DNA of 64,000 nt from an uncultured bacterium (GCA_963729625.1 CAVSOU010000010.1:1-64000), one strand, 5' to 3'; positions 31,139 to 41,417 are shown, counted from the stretch's first letter. Numbers and translations are program-made. Notes: generated by a model from the sequence alone, not told the origin.

Positions 31139-32042
31139 GGAGATCCCTCCCTGTGAGCAATGTGTACGCGGACCGGTATCTCGCCAGAGTTGCCGCAACG
31201 ACATCCGGCGGCAGTGGAGGCGCAGGCGGCTGCCTGTTCCAGCCGGAGCTGAGCACATAATCGCGAACAGGTTGCTTATCGAAGCTGGGTTGCACGCGCC
31301 CAGGCTCGTAGTGCTCCACAGGCCAGAATCGTGAGGAATCCGGCGTGAGCAGTTCATCGATGAGCGTGAGCTGGTCATCGACGAATCCGAACTCGAACTT
31401 GGTGTCGGCGATGATGATGCCGCGTTCAAGCGCGTATTGCCGCGCGGCACTGTATACTTCAAGGCTTGTCGTTTCAAGCTGCGAGGCCATTGGCAGTCCC
31501 ACCAGTGCGACAAGCTGGTCAACACTGATATTCTGGTCGTGGCCGGCATCGTTCTTAATCGCCGGGGTGAACACGGGCTCCGCAAGCTCCTCGCATTCGA
31601 TCAGGCCGCCAGGCAGCGGCAATCCTGCCAGCGTACCGCATGCTGTATACTCGACCCACCCGGAACCGGCCAGAAATCCACGGACAACGCATTCCACGTC
31701 GATCCTCTTCGCTCTCCACACGAGCGACGATCTGCCGGCAAGGTCGGTTTCTCTAGGATCCAAGCCCAGTGTTGCCGCGATCACGTCCCAGTCCGCGGAA
31801 ATCAAGTGGTTCGGCACAAGGTAAGACATCTTCCCGAACCAGAAAGCGGAGATCGCTGTCAGGATGCGGCCTTTGCTCGGAATATCTGTGGGCAGGATAC
31901 AGTCAAACGCCGAGATGCGATCGCTCGCGAGCATCAGAAGGCGGCCTCCGCCAGCGTCATATGTGTCGCGAACCTTGCCGTGGTACAGGTGAACAAGGTG
32001 TGCTAACGCACGATGGTGGTTGGCCGATAGCCGCGGCCCCAT
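31131..32042 (-). CDS. purC: SAICAR synthetase
   Basis: GKVRDTY, SDRISAFD, ECVVRG, IIIADTKFEFG, DELLTPDSSRFW, FDKQ. Confidence 0.98.
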   Translation of the reverse strand: MGPRLSANHHRALAHLVHLYHGKVRDTYDAGGGRLLMLASDRISAFDCILPTDIPSKGRILTAISAFWFGKMSYLVPNHLISADWDVIAATLGLDPRETDLAGRSSLVWRAKRIDVECVVRGFLAGSGWVEYTACGTLAGLPLPGGLIECEELAEPVFTPAIKNDAGHDQNISVDQLVALVGLPMASQLETTSLEVYSAARQYALERGIIIADTKFEFGFVDDQLTLIDELLTPDSSRFWPVEHYEPGRVQPSFDKQPVRDYVLSSGWNRQPPAPPLPPDVVAATLARYRSAYTLLTGRDLHD

Positions 32043-32043
32043 G

Positions 32044-32775
32044 CTACTCGTCGCCGTCGAGCTTGAAGTAGCGGTACGTTTCTCCGTGGGAGAAGGCGTG
32101 TCCCTCGGCTGCAGACGCTGCCCACTCGCTCATCATCGCTGACGGGTCCCATTCACCCAGCTGACTCTTGTGCGCGGCGAGTGCCCGGACCTTCAGGGAG
32201 AACGCTTCGCTGATGTCGACGATGACGTCGTCGACTTCAGACATACCGACGAAGACCTCTGCCACTTTGTGCGGCTGAAATCCCTCGGCGAGCAGCTCGG
32301 GGAATGTAAGAGGATCGCGTGCGGCAGGGAAGATCGCGGCTAGAGCAGCTTCTCCGGTCGCGCGATGATCGGGATGGTTGATGTATCCGCGCCCAGCGTA
32401 GAATCGCGTCGGGTCCTGGCAAATCGCCGCTGCCGGCTTGTACTTTCGGATAACCCGAGCGATATCGCGGCGCAACGCGAGAGAGGGAATGACCATGCCA
32501 TCCTCGTAGTGAAGGAACTCGACGTGCCTCACTCCGAGAATGGAGCACGCATCCTGTTGCTCGGCGCGGCGCATAGCTGCCAAATCCGTGCTGCTTATTG
32601 ACGGGTCATTTGAGCCCTTGTCGCCGTCAGTGACGAGCAAATACACGATCTCGCAACCGCCTCGCGCCCATGTTGCCACAGTCCCGGCCACCATAAACTC
32701 GGCGTCATCCGGATGCGCCACGATGACTATCGCACTGGCCGGGACCGCTGCGTATACTTCAAGTTCCTTTGTCAC
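32044..32775 (-). CDS. PIG-L/LmbE-family deacetylase
   Basis: VAHPDDAE, TDGDKG, HPDH, AHKSQ. Confidence 0.92.
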   Translation of the reverse strand: MTKELEVYAAVPASAIVIVAHPDDAEFMVAGTVATWARGGCEIVYLLVTDGDKGSNDPSISSTDLAAMRRAEQQDACSILGVRHVEFLHYEDGMVIPSLALRRDIARVIRKYKPAAAICQDPTRFYAGRGYINHPDHRATGEAALAAIFPAARDPLTFPELLAEGFQPHKVAEVFVGMSEVDDVIVDISEAFSLKVRALAAHKSQLGEWDPSAMMSEWAASAAEGHAFSHGETYRYFKLDGDE

Positions 32776-33089
32776 GCGTGCACCACCCTTTCCCAAATCT
32801 GATTCCGAGCCCAGCGGTTTCGCGCGCCTTGATGACCGCTTTCTCAGGATTCAAATGGTCGACTTCGACAATCCATGCCCTGCATATTGTACGGTATCGA
32901 CGGGACACGTCACCGTGCCGTCTCGCACGTAATGTCCCGTTGCTCGATGCGCCAAAGCCTGACCGTCTCCGGCCGCGGTCGGCTACTTTGTGTTCATGCG
33001 TCGGATTTGCGAACGGCGGAACGTGGCCGCTATCGCACCAACTCGCGAGGGTACAGCGGGGCAACAGGTCGGGATGGGAAGGCCTGGAC

Positions 33090-36000
33090 TTAAAGTGGGA
33101 TCAGCCCAAGTTCACGTCCTCGCGTGACTGCCTCGGTACGCGTGGTCACGGCTAATTTACCGAAAATGCTGGCAAGGTGCGTCTTTACCGTACTCTCGCT
33201 CAGGCTGAGTTGCTGAGCGATTTCCTTATTGCGCGAGCCCGTAGCGAGAGCCCGAAGCACACCCATCTCACGTTCCGTGAGTTGCTCGACGACGTCCCCA
33301 TGTCGTGCCATCTCGCCGAATCGCTCGAGCAGCTTGCCGGCTACGATGGGCTGGAGAAGCGACTCGTTTCGGGCTGCGGCTCGAACCGCCTGGGCCAACT
33401 CGTCGGACGACACGTCCTTGAGCACGTAGCCTTTGGCTCCAGACTTGATTCCCTCGTAAATGTAATCGTCATTATCGTACGTAGTGACGATGACGCAGCG
33501 AATGTCTGGGAACAGCATGCGCACGCGAGAGATGACTTCCACCCCCGAGATATCGGGAAGCTGAAGATCGCAGAGCACCACATCGGGGCGAACGTCATTG
33601 ATGATGCGCAGGCCGTCCGAGCCGGTGCCCGCAGCTCCAATAACCTTGATGTCTCCATGTTCAGCGAGCATGTGTTCAAGTCCCTGCCGCACCATGGAGT
33701 GGTCATCGATCAATACGACTCGTATTCGTTGACCGTCCGCCCTGGCTTCGCCATTCAGAGCAGCCGTGGCCGCGCGGTAAACCGTATCGCGGGTCCGCGA
33801 CGCCGGTTCCGAAGGCGTGTAGGGGACAACACACCAGGCGCGTGTCCCTTGCTGCGCCGCACTCTCGATGCGCAGGCTACCTCCCACGAGCCGGGCCCGC
33901 TCGGCGGCGCCCGCCAGACCAACCCGCCCAGTGCCCATAAGGTCAATCTCAGATGGGTCAAAGCCCTTTCCATCATCCTCGATCAGCAGCGTGAACGCAT
34001 GTTCGCCATAGTCGAGAAGGATTCTGACATTTCTGGCCTCACTGTGAGACCAGACATTGTCGAGGCCGACCCGCACAAATCGCTGCACGACCGAGCCAGT
34101 CTCCGGCCTGAGGGGCTTCGGTTCTCCCGTCACCACGACCTCCGGCTTGATTCCAACTCGCCGCTCGAGCTTGGGGGCCTCAATCCGCACCACCGTCCTG
34201 GGATCCTCGAGAGTGACGCTGGCGGACCGAAGATTCCACACGATTCGTCGCGTCTCCGCAATCGCCGATCTCGCTGTGTCCCGTGCCTGCTCCACGACTT
34301 CGCGCTGGGGAGAATCGTCCGGTAGTCGTTGGAGCGTGTGCTCAAGCTGGAGAACGATTGACGTAATCATTTGCGCCAGCACGTCGTGTATGTCGCGCGC
34401 GAGCCGGTCTCGCTCGGTCCGCATCGCTCCGTGCCGGTGGTCGTCTAACCGGCTCCGCAGCACGTGGCATGTGATGAGCACCTGACCCAGGGACGCTGCG
34501 AAGTCAAGATCGTTCTCGTCGTATGCGTCAGATCGACGATCGGCCAGCAATATTGCGCCGCCGAACTGATTGTCAGGCAGGATCGGGATTGTCAAGACGC
34601 TGCGATAGCCTGCTTCGGCGAGTTGAGAGCCAAGCTCAAGCTCCGCGGGTGCGCCCTGAGTTTGCACCACGCGGCCATACAGCCTGAATGACAATTGGTC
34701 GGCCGCTGCCCTCAGCAGCGAACGAATCTCCTGCCTCGCCTGAGTCACTTCCCTGGGTTTGCTACCTGCCTCGAAGGCGATGACATCCGAAGCGGTCGTT
34801 CCGATTTGAAGGAGCGCGGCGTCGAAAGGGAGCCTCTTTCGCATTTCGCGAAGCATATCCAGCTCGACATCATCATGAGTCAGATGCGCTACCAGATGGC
34901 TCAATAGCTGGCAGATTGCATGGAACTGGAAGGTACGCGCGCCGGCGCGCTTCTCCGCTTGGCGCTGAAGTGAGACGTCCTGGATTAGCGCAAAGGCTCC
35001 TGCGGGTCTCCCATCGTCATCGGTCATCGGAGTTGCCGATACAAGCACGGTCGCAAAGGACCCGTCGCGAAGCTGGAGAAGGGACTCCTCGCTGGAAATG
35101 GATACGCACTCGCGAAACGCACGCGTCAGAGGCCACCGCTCAATCGGATATGGCTGATGGTTAACATAATGCGGACCGAACCTCGGCGGCTCGACGTGGC
35201 CGGACGCCGACATTGGCGTGCCGCTCCGGGCAAGACCCACCGCAGCGCTGTTCCAGAACTGGATGTCGTAGGGAGGAATGCCGGCGATGATTATTGCGCT
35301 GGGCGATTGAAACGCGGCCGAGCGAAGCACGTCACGCTCACTCTGCATAGTCGCATATGCTAGGTCTCGTTCTTCACGCGACCGAGCCAGGACAATGCGG
35401 GCGGCAACCTCCGATGCAACCTGTTCAATCAGCATGACCTCGCCGCTTTCCCATTCCCGAGGCGTGCCGATCTGGACCACAACAATCGCTCCCATGAATT
35501 CACCGCGCAGCGCGAGCGGTGCTACTAGCAGCGAGCACACTCCGCTCGCCAGTAAGAGCTCCCGATTCGCTCGAATCGAAACTTCTCCGCCGACGTCGTT
35601 CGCAATGTCCGGCACGGCCAACGTACGCCGGTCGTGTGCCACCAAGGTGAGAATCGACTGGATGACTGACTCAACTCGGCCATCCAGCGAGGCCGAACGC
35701 TGGGCGAACATCGCGGCCCGAGTCGGCTGCGACCTGCCAAGCCCTAAGTACACGCCGCACCACGACGCATCCAGTGCCTGGCCGATGGCCGTGGCTACAT
35801 GCTCGCTGACTGATTCGATGCGGTCGACGTCTCGTAGTGTCTCCAGAATCGTAGCGCGAAGCAGCGCCATCCGCGCGCGTGCCGACTCTTCGGCAAGTAC
35901 CATTGCATTCACATATGCGGTTGAGACGTGGCGCGAGAATTCGACAAGCGCATCATTCGCAACGCTGTGATACTCCGTGACGCCGTGATAGCCGAGTCCG

Positions 36001-36419
36001 ATGAAGCCGAGTAGCCTATCCTGCTGGATAAGGGGAAGCCCGAGCCACGTTCGTACCTGATCCGCCTCTGGAATTGACTGCAGCAGGTCGGACCAAGCAT
36101 GGTGAATCTCAACGTTTGGAATGTAGATGATCCGGCGTCTGGTGCGCATCTCACGCAAAAACGCCAGGGGCTCGGCCAGGGGTACTGATCGCGCGAGGTA
36201 CTGAGCCTTTTCTCCCGCACCGCCGGCGGCGACACAACGTATCACGCCGTCCTGGTTCGTATACAAGCCCACCCTATCGCACGCAGCCAAGGACACCGTG
36301 GCATCGACGATTGAGGTCAGCAGTTGCGGCAGCCGAAGGCATGCATTGACTGATCCGACAGCCTCGAGTAGTCGCGAAGCCGAGTCGTCGTACGTGTTCT
36401 GAACAGACCGGCCGGCCAA
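33090..36419 (-). CDS. Soluble hybrid protein: GAF-GAF-PAS-GAF-HisKA_3-HATPase-REC-LuxR HTH
   Basis: ERDRLARDIHDVLAQ H-box, IEDDGKGFD, VLIDDH...LCDLQLP...GYVLKD receiver, LTERE...NKEIA...TVKTHL HTH. Confidence 0.92.
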   Translation of the reverse strand: MAGRSVQNTYDDSASRLLEAVGSVNACLRLPQLLTSIVDATVSLAACDRVGLYTNQDGVIRCVAAGGAGEKAQYLARSVPLAEPLAFLREMRTRRRIIYIPNVEIHHAWSDLLQSIPEADQVRTWLGLPLIQQDRLLGFIGLGYHGVTEYHSVANDALVEFSRHVSTAYVNAMVLAEESARARMALLRATILETLRDVDRIESVSEHVATAIGQALDASWCGVYLGLGRSQPTRAAMFAQRSASLDGRVESVIQSILTLVAHDRRTLAVPDIANDVGGEVSIRANRELLLASGVCSLLVAPLALRGEFMGAIVVVQIGTPREWESGEVMLIEQVASEVAARIVLARSREERDLAYATMQSERDVLRSAAFQSPSAIIIAGIPPYDIQFWNSAAVGLARSGTPMSASGHVEPPRFGPHYVNHQPYPIERWPLTRAFRECVSISSEESLLQLRDGSFATVLVSATPMTDDDGRPAGAFALIQDVSLQRQAEKRAGARTFQFHAICQLLSHLVAHLTHDDVELDMLREMRKRLPFDAALLQIGTTASDVIAFEAGSKPREVTQARQEIRSLLRAAADQLSFRLYGRVVQTQGAPAELELGSQLAEAGYRSVLTIPILPDNQFGGAILLADRRSDAYDENDLDFAASLGQVLITCHVLRSRLDDHRHGAMRTERDRLARDIHDVLAQMITSIVLQLEHTLQRLPDDSPQREVVEQARDTARSAIAETRRIVWNLRSASVTLEDPRTVVRIEAPKLERRVGIKPEVVVTGEPKPLRPETGSVVQRFVRVGLDNVWSHSEARNVRILLDYGEHAFTLLIEDDGKGFDPSEIDLMGTGRVGLAGAAERARLVGGSLRIESAAQQGTRAWCVVPYTPSEPASRTRDTVYRAATAALNGEARADGQRIRVVLIDDHSMVRQGLEHMLAEHGDIKVIGAAGTGSDGLRIINDVRPDVVLCDLQLPDISGVEVISRVRMLFPDIRCVIVTTYDNDDYIYEGIKSGAKGYVLKDVSSDELAQAVRAAARNESLLQPIVAGKLLERFGEMARHGDVVEQLTEREMGVLRALATGSRNKEIAQQLSLSESTVKTHLASIFGKLAVTTRTEAVTRGRELGLIPL

Positions 36420-36543
36420 TGACGCTCACTCCTCGCTAGGACTACCGCCCGCGCGGAATTCAGCATGCCCGACTCCTGGGCGCCTGCGATCCGAGGCCGC
36501 CCTGCGATTGGAGACCGAGCGGTATCAAACCACGGCACTATCG

Positions 36544-36975
36544 TTACGTATCTGCACCGGCATGGAGCGCTTGATGCGGCCGGTTCTTCCTGTAGCGAGT
36601 TACCGCCTGCTCCAGTGCTTCGTCCAGCTCCTCGATCAGGTATGGCTTGGCAAGGAATGCGTGAGCCCCGGCGCGTCTTGCCTGCATTTCGGGATCATCG
36701 GAAGACACATTGGCGCTCAGCACGATGATGGCAGCAGGTGCTTTCTGCTGTATCGCCGCGGTTGCGACCAAGCCATCCTGGCCGGGCAACCCCCAATCGA
36801 TAACCACAACATCGGGCCGTTCACGCTCAACGAGCGCGACCACGTCGATACCGTTTCGGGCCTCCGCTATCACTTCATGACCCAACTCCGCGAGCTGCTG
36901 CCTGAGCAGTTCCCGGATCTGGGCGTTGTCCTCAGCTACAACTACCCGGTACGTGTCCGGCGCTGTGCCCTGCAT
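36544..36975 (-). CDS. Single-domain response regulator (AmiR/PdtaR-like receiver, no ANTAR)
   Basis: VVAEDN, VIDWGLP, FLAKP. Confidence 0.9.
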   Translation of the reverse strand: MQGTAPDTYRVVVAEDNAQIRELLRQQLAELGHEVIAEARNGIDVVALVERERPDVVVIDWGLPGQDGLVATAAIQQKAPAAIIVLSANVSSDDPEMQARRAGAHAFLAKPYLIEELDEALEQAVTRYRKNRPHQALHAGADT

Positions 36976-37065
36976 AACGGCTCGACTCCGCGTAACGCAT
37001 CAGCAGCGTCGCCTGCACAGCGATGAACCGCAGTGATCGAGGCATTGACGCCTGCCCGATGCGTC

Positions 37066-37094
37066 ACTGTAGCTGAGTCCGCGTGCGATGTCAA
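37066..37094 (-). promoter_or_regulatory. Sigma70-like promoter for the response regulator and hybrid kinase
   Basis: TTGACA-N17-TACAGT on the minus strand. Confidence 0.6.
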
Positions 37095-37104
37095 TACGCA
37101 TATG

Positions 37105-37147
37105 GCGAGCGGGATGATGGAGCCCTTTGCTCCATCATCCCGCTCGC
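37105..37147. terminator. Perfect 19-bp stem hairpin
   Basis: gcgagcgggatgatggagc-ccttt-gctccatcatcccgctcgc. Confidence 0.7.
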
Positions 37148-37192
37148 TCTAGATACCCGCCTTCGAATCAACCCGGGCAGAAGACCTCGCCG

Positions 37193-37489
37193 TCAGGAAC
37201 CGGCGCCCGCCTGAACGGCGGCCACGGAATCGGTCCGGCGCCGGCGCCTTCGACCTACATACCCCTTCGTGGCGTACGGTGTCGCATCGCCCCAAGAACG
37301 GATGAGGCTGGTGCTCCCACAACGACCGCAAGTCAGCACAGCACGCGACGGGAGAGCCAACGCTTCGGCCTGGCTGACCGGAACACTGCTCGTTTCAGTG
37401 TGGTGGACAAATCCCCGGCTGTTTGAACAACTCAAGCACTCGATCTGCCGCGCATACAGTCCCACGTGTATCTCCAATTGCTGGCACAT
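37193..37489 (-). CDS. Small protein with two CxxC motifs and an Arg-rich tail
   Basis: CLSC...CGRC, RRRRRR; followed by a strong hairpin. Confidence 0.55.
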   Translation of the reverse strand: MCQQLEIHVGLYARQIECLSCSNSRGFVHHTETSSVPVSQAEALALPSRAVLTCGRCGSTSLIRSWGDATPYATKGYVGRRRRRRTDSVAAVQAGAGS

Positions 37490-37788
37490 CAGTCTACGAA
37501 CTGGGGCGGCCAGCTACATGGCACCTCCTGGCGCCAGTCTTCTACTACTACGCGTATTTTCCTGCCGGGTGTGGCGAGGCGCACCACCTGTCCGGTTGAT
37601 CCTTAGGTTCAAAAGGGACTAGCCCGCGAACTCATCCTTGGTCGTACGTGAGGCCGATGTGCATTACCAGGCATACAGACATAGTGATTCCAGGTGGCGT
37701 GTTTGGCGCCTGTATCGTGCCGTGCGCGGAAATCCTGGGTTGAACCCCGCCTCGGCTGCTGGGACAGACAAGTCGAATCTGCAGGAGC

Positions 37789-38331
37789 ATGATGAGGAAG
37801 CGCCTGAAGCCGATCCTGCTGGCAGCATTTGTGTCGCGCGAGCTTGCCGATCGAGCAATTGAAGATCTGGTAATCGCTGGATTCGCCGGGCACTCGATCG
37901 GCCTGATCTCTCCGTTGCAGCTGCAGGGTAGAATGGTGGGTACGGGATGGACCCTTCCCGAGGGTCGTGAAACGTCGCCTATTGGCAGCATCCACTTCGA
38001 CATTGCTGAACTGGGTCCGACAGGCCCTGTCAACAAAGAGGGACCGGGAGCGGTTTCGCTTCCCGGCAACGTCATACAGATCCCGGACCTCGGTTCATTT
38101 TCCGCGTGCGGCTTCTTTTCAGGCGCAACCAGCGACAAACAGTGGCTTGCGAGCTGCCTGGCCGGCACAGACCTCACTGGCCCCGAGCGCGGCCAATTCG
38201 AGCTGCAGATCGAGGCCGGCAAGACATTAATTGGCGTTCTTCCCGAGGGCCGGGTGATTCTGGCAGGGGAGATACTCCGGCGATATGGTGGCGAGCTAAC
38301 GCACGAGCGGAGCCACAGCGCGCGCTGGTGA
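37789..38331 (+). CDS. Hypothetical protein (general-stress-protein-like N-terminus)
   Basis: AGGAG RBS; AAFVSRELADRAIEDLVIAGF...IGLI pattern; EILRRYGG. Confidence 0.6.
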   Translation: MMRKRLKPILLAAFVSRELADRAIEDLVIAGFAGHSIGLISPLQLQGRMVGTGWTLPEGRETSPIGSIHFDIAELGPTGPVNKEGPGAVSLPGNVIQIPDLGSFSACGFFSGATSDKQWLASCLAGTDLTGPERGQFELQIEAGKTLIGVLPEGRVILAGEILRRYGGELTHERSHSARW

Positions 38332-38493
38332 GGCAAAGCACCGATCGGCGCACACGGCCCTCACGCGTATACGGTAAGATCCGTTAAGCAGCGACGTGAG
38401 CCGTGGTTGTGCCAGGTTGGCGGGTCGTTGCGCTGCGTGCAGCGCAGAACGACACCGTATTCAGGATTTGTGCGTTGAGACCAGGAATCCAGA

Positions 38494-38994
38494 GTGGGTA
38501 ATCCCGCGATTCGACTGCGCGTCAGGCAGCGTGTGCTTGGAGCAGGCGTAGCCTACGTTGTCATGGCGGCGGACGTCGACGACGTCGTGTTCGAGGTGAG
38601 GAGCGTTCCCACCAATGTCGGGCATACGTTCGAGATGCTGGATCCCGACGGTACCATCGTTGCTTCGATTCACCAACACCTGCTCCCGGTGGAACCGAAC
38701 TACGTCATAAGGCGCGAGGGCATCGACGTTGGCGAAGTGCACCGCGACCTCGCGGCTGTGACATTCCCGCGCTTTGTTCTCGGCGGGATCCGCGACGGTC
38801 TCGTTCTGACCGCGGATCAATCCGACACGAAGTTCAACGTACTGCACAGTGGCAGCATTGTTGCGCGCGTCGAGAGAGTCCTGTCATTTGTTGGCTCGGC
38901 CTACTCAGTGGACTTTCTTCGTGACGTCGACGTCCCGACCATACTGTGTCTGCTGATCGCCGCCGACGACGCGATGAACCTGGACGCGAAATGA
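38494..38994 (+). CDS. LURP-one/scramblase (Tubby C-terminal-like) protein
   Basis: VRQRVLG start, beta-rich core, YSVDF...ILCLLIAAD C-terminal helix. Confidence 0.7.
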   Translation: MGNPAIRLRVRQRVLGAGVAYVVMAADVDDVVFEVRSVPTNVGHTFEMLDPDGTIVASIHQHLLPVEPNYVIRREGIDVGEVHRDLAAVTFPRFVLGGIRDGLVLTADQSDTKFNVLHSGSIVARVERVLSFVGSAYSVDFLRDVDVPTILCLLIAADDAMNLDAK

Positions 38995-39311
38995 CTCCGT
39001 TAGTGCCTTCATGAGCGTCTAGAGCCTAGCCATGACCGACTATCCCGGGCCATGGCGCTGGCAGGATGCCTTGGGACAAATCTCACGCAGCACCGTGGCC
39101 CGCCAAGTGTAGCCTTCAGTCCGGCCCTGCGGGTTCCACGCTTGCTTCAAAACAGGGCCGGAACGGGCTGGGCTCCCTAGTGGGTTCCCGGTGATGACGC
39201 CGGCAGCGCTGGTGGTCTGCGTCCCCGCGACGACATTGCCCTCAGCGTCCAGGGCGTTTGTATCGACGACGTCAAGTGGCGCCGGGCCGGACAACCGCAA
39301 GAGCGATCTGC

Positions 39312-40685
39312 TCATCTCGGCCTGGCCCGCACCGGCATGAAGGCTACCCGCGCCAGGAAGTCGCGAAGTAGGATCCGCCACACATACCACGCATGCCCAC
39401 CATTGATGAAGTCGGCCACCACGCCTATACGTGACCCTTGCAGCGTTGCAACCTCGTCGGCGGCAGCACGATGGATCGGATCCTGCCGGCCGCCGCCCAC
39501 AAGGATGCCGACCCGTCGAAGGGCAGCGACCTGCGCGGGGGTGAGCGTTGTGATGCCTGGAAATGGACTCATCACGGCGTAGTACCCGAAGGCACTCGTA
39601 TGGTTGACGAGCAGGGAGTTCACGAGGCCACCGCCGCACGATAGACCGCCAAAGGCGCGTTGCGACACCTGACTGGACACGTTGAAGTGGGCTTGCACAT
39701 AGGGGATCACATTGGCTACGAGGTCATGGTCGTACGCGCTGACCCATGGATCCGGGTGCGATAGGCAGTCACCTGCGAACCCGTTGAAGTTGGTCATAAC
39801 GACGACCATCGGTTGCACCAGACTGGCGCCGATCAGGTTATCCAAGATGTTGGCCGCGTCACCTTGGGTGGTCCAGTCCATCTCGTTTCCCCAGTAGCCG
39901 TGGCTGAGGTAGAGGGTCGGGTAGGGCGTGGCCCGTTGCGGGTTGTAGGCGGGCGGTGTGTAAATGGCCAGGGCGTGTGTCCCGCGCGGGGTGAGCGACT
40001 CAGGAGACGTGTAGGTGAAATACGCGAGCGAGCCGTGGACACGGCTCGGCGCCTGCCACGAGTAGTCGGCCGTGCGATAGGAGTGGTCGGAGGGGACGTA
40101 GACCTGGCTGTTGGGCTCGACCGAGCCCGCGGTGATCCCGTGGCTGGTGTTCCAGGGCGGGTTACTCGGGTCGGAGATCTCCGTGCAGCCCGTCTGATCG
40201 GCAGTGCGACAGTTGATAAAGAAGCCGTAGGTGAACACGCCGGACGGCAGCGGGGTCGTGTAGGACCATACGCCGGTGCCGGGATCCTTGGTCATGGCGA
40301 TGACCGGCCAGTTGGCGGCGACATCATTGGGGTGGGCAATCGGGAAGTCACCGGGCGCCCACTTCGCCGGCAGCAGCCCCTGGGAGCTGCTTAGCGTCGT
40401 CTGCGCCGGGCTGGAGAAATACCATTCGCCCTTGATCTGCACGCTGGTCGCTCTGGGGTCGCGGTAGTGGAAGGTTACCGCGTATCCGGTCGGAGGACTG
40501 CCCGTGTGCCGCACCGAGGGAGAGAGCCCGGGACTGATCGCAGTGTCTGACAAGAGGTTTTCGGCCCAAATGGACCTGGACGAGGCAGGGTGCGCGGCGG
40601 CCTGAGTCGCCGGCAATGCCGGAGCCAGCGAGATCATCGTCGCCAGGAGCACGAGCAGGGTGCACAATCTGCGGCACATGCGCAT
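39312..40685 (-). CDS. Secreted esterase (alpha/beta hydrolase, CE1/Fes-like) with N-terminal beta-sandwich
   Basis: Signal peptide; YTPPAY...YPTLYLSHG, GLSCGG nucleophile elbow, GGHAWYVWR. Confidence 0.88.
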   Translation of the reverse strand: MRMCRRLCTLLVLLATMISLAPALPATQAAAHPASSRSIWAENLLSDTAISPGLSPSVRHTGSPPTGYAVTFHYRDPRATSVQIKGEWYFSSPAQTTLSSSQGLLPAKWAPGDFPIAHPNDVAANWPVIAMTKDPGTGVWSYTTPLPSGVFTYGFFINCRTADQTGCTEISDPSNPPWNTSHGITAGSVEPNSQVYVPSDHSYRTADYSWQAPSRVHGSLAYFTYTSPESLTPRGTHALAIYTPPAYNPQRATPYPTLYLSHGYWGNEMDWTTQGDAANILDNLIGASLVQPMVVVMTNFNGFAGDCLSHPDPWVSAYDHDLVANVIPYVQAHFNVSSQVSQRAFGGLSCGGGLVNSLLVNHTSAFGYYAVMSPFPGITTLTPAQVAALRRVGILVGGGRQDPIHRAAADEVATLQGSRIGVVADFINGGHAWYVWRILLRDFLARVAFMPVRARPR

Positions 40686-40781
40686 AGGAGGAACTCCTTT
40701 CGATCAGGACGTCAGCATGGTACAGCCAAGCCGGAAGCGGGTCGGCGCGCACGTGCCACAGCATCGCGGTGCAACTATGCC

Positions 40782-41417
40782 TCAGTACCGCGCCATGACG
40801 AATAAGCCGGAGAAGGTAGGGGGCTGCATAGGCCCGCCGTTCGGCAATTCGTCTTTGTAGTACCCCGGCTGGGCTTCGATGGCCCAATAGTCTATGGGAT
40901 ACGGTCCTCCCGACCAATCGGGGCGGACCGGGTTATGCACCTCGCGCACGGTCTTGGCGCCGTAGAAGGTCATCCACTCGTCGGTAACGATAAGTTCCCC
41001 CGCACCTTGACTGATGTCGAACTTGCCATTGCCGTGGGTGGTGACGTGACACGTTCCATGCAGCAGCTTGCTGGTGAACAGCTGTGCGTTGCACTCAGGG
41101 CTGACCCCGCTGCCGTCGCTCATGAAGGTCTCCTCCCCCTGGAAGGTGGCGTGCTTGCCGGAGGCATCGCTCACGATATCCATGGTAATCGCCGTCGTAA
41201 CCTTTTGGGACGGCAGCGTAGTGTGATTCATGGCGTCCCTGACTCCCCACCGCCAGTCGCCCGTCGTGACGGAGGGGTCGTCCACCCATATGCCCTGGAC
41301 CACCCAGTGGCCGACCAGCGACGGGCTGCCGCTCGCCGCGGCCGCATGCCGCGGTGCGCCAGTGGCCAACACCGAGACCAGCATGAAACCAATTGCCAGA
41401 CAATGAAGTGCTCGCAC
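40782..41417 (-). CDS. Secreted hypothetical protein (beta-rich)
   Basis: AAAGGA RBS, Sec signal ending AAA, LVGHW motif, two Cys. Confidence 0.7.
   Translation of the reverse strand: MRALHCLAIGFMLVSVLATGAPRHAAAASGSPSLVGHWVVQGIWVDDPSVTTGDWRWGVRDAMNHTTLPSQKVTTAITMDIVSDASGKHATFQGEETFMSDGSGVSPECNAQLFTSKLLHGTCHVTTHGNGKFDISQGAGELIVTDEWMTFYGAKTVREVHNPVRPDWSGGPYPIDYWAIEAQPGYYKDELPNGGPMQPPTFSGLFVMARY

Noticed and set aside
32800-33085. Purine or ZTP riboswitch upstream of the pur operon
   Set aside because: The conserved aptamer motifs were not recognisable by eye; only a -10-like TACAAT was seen.
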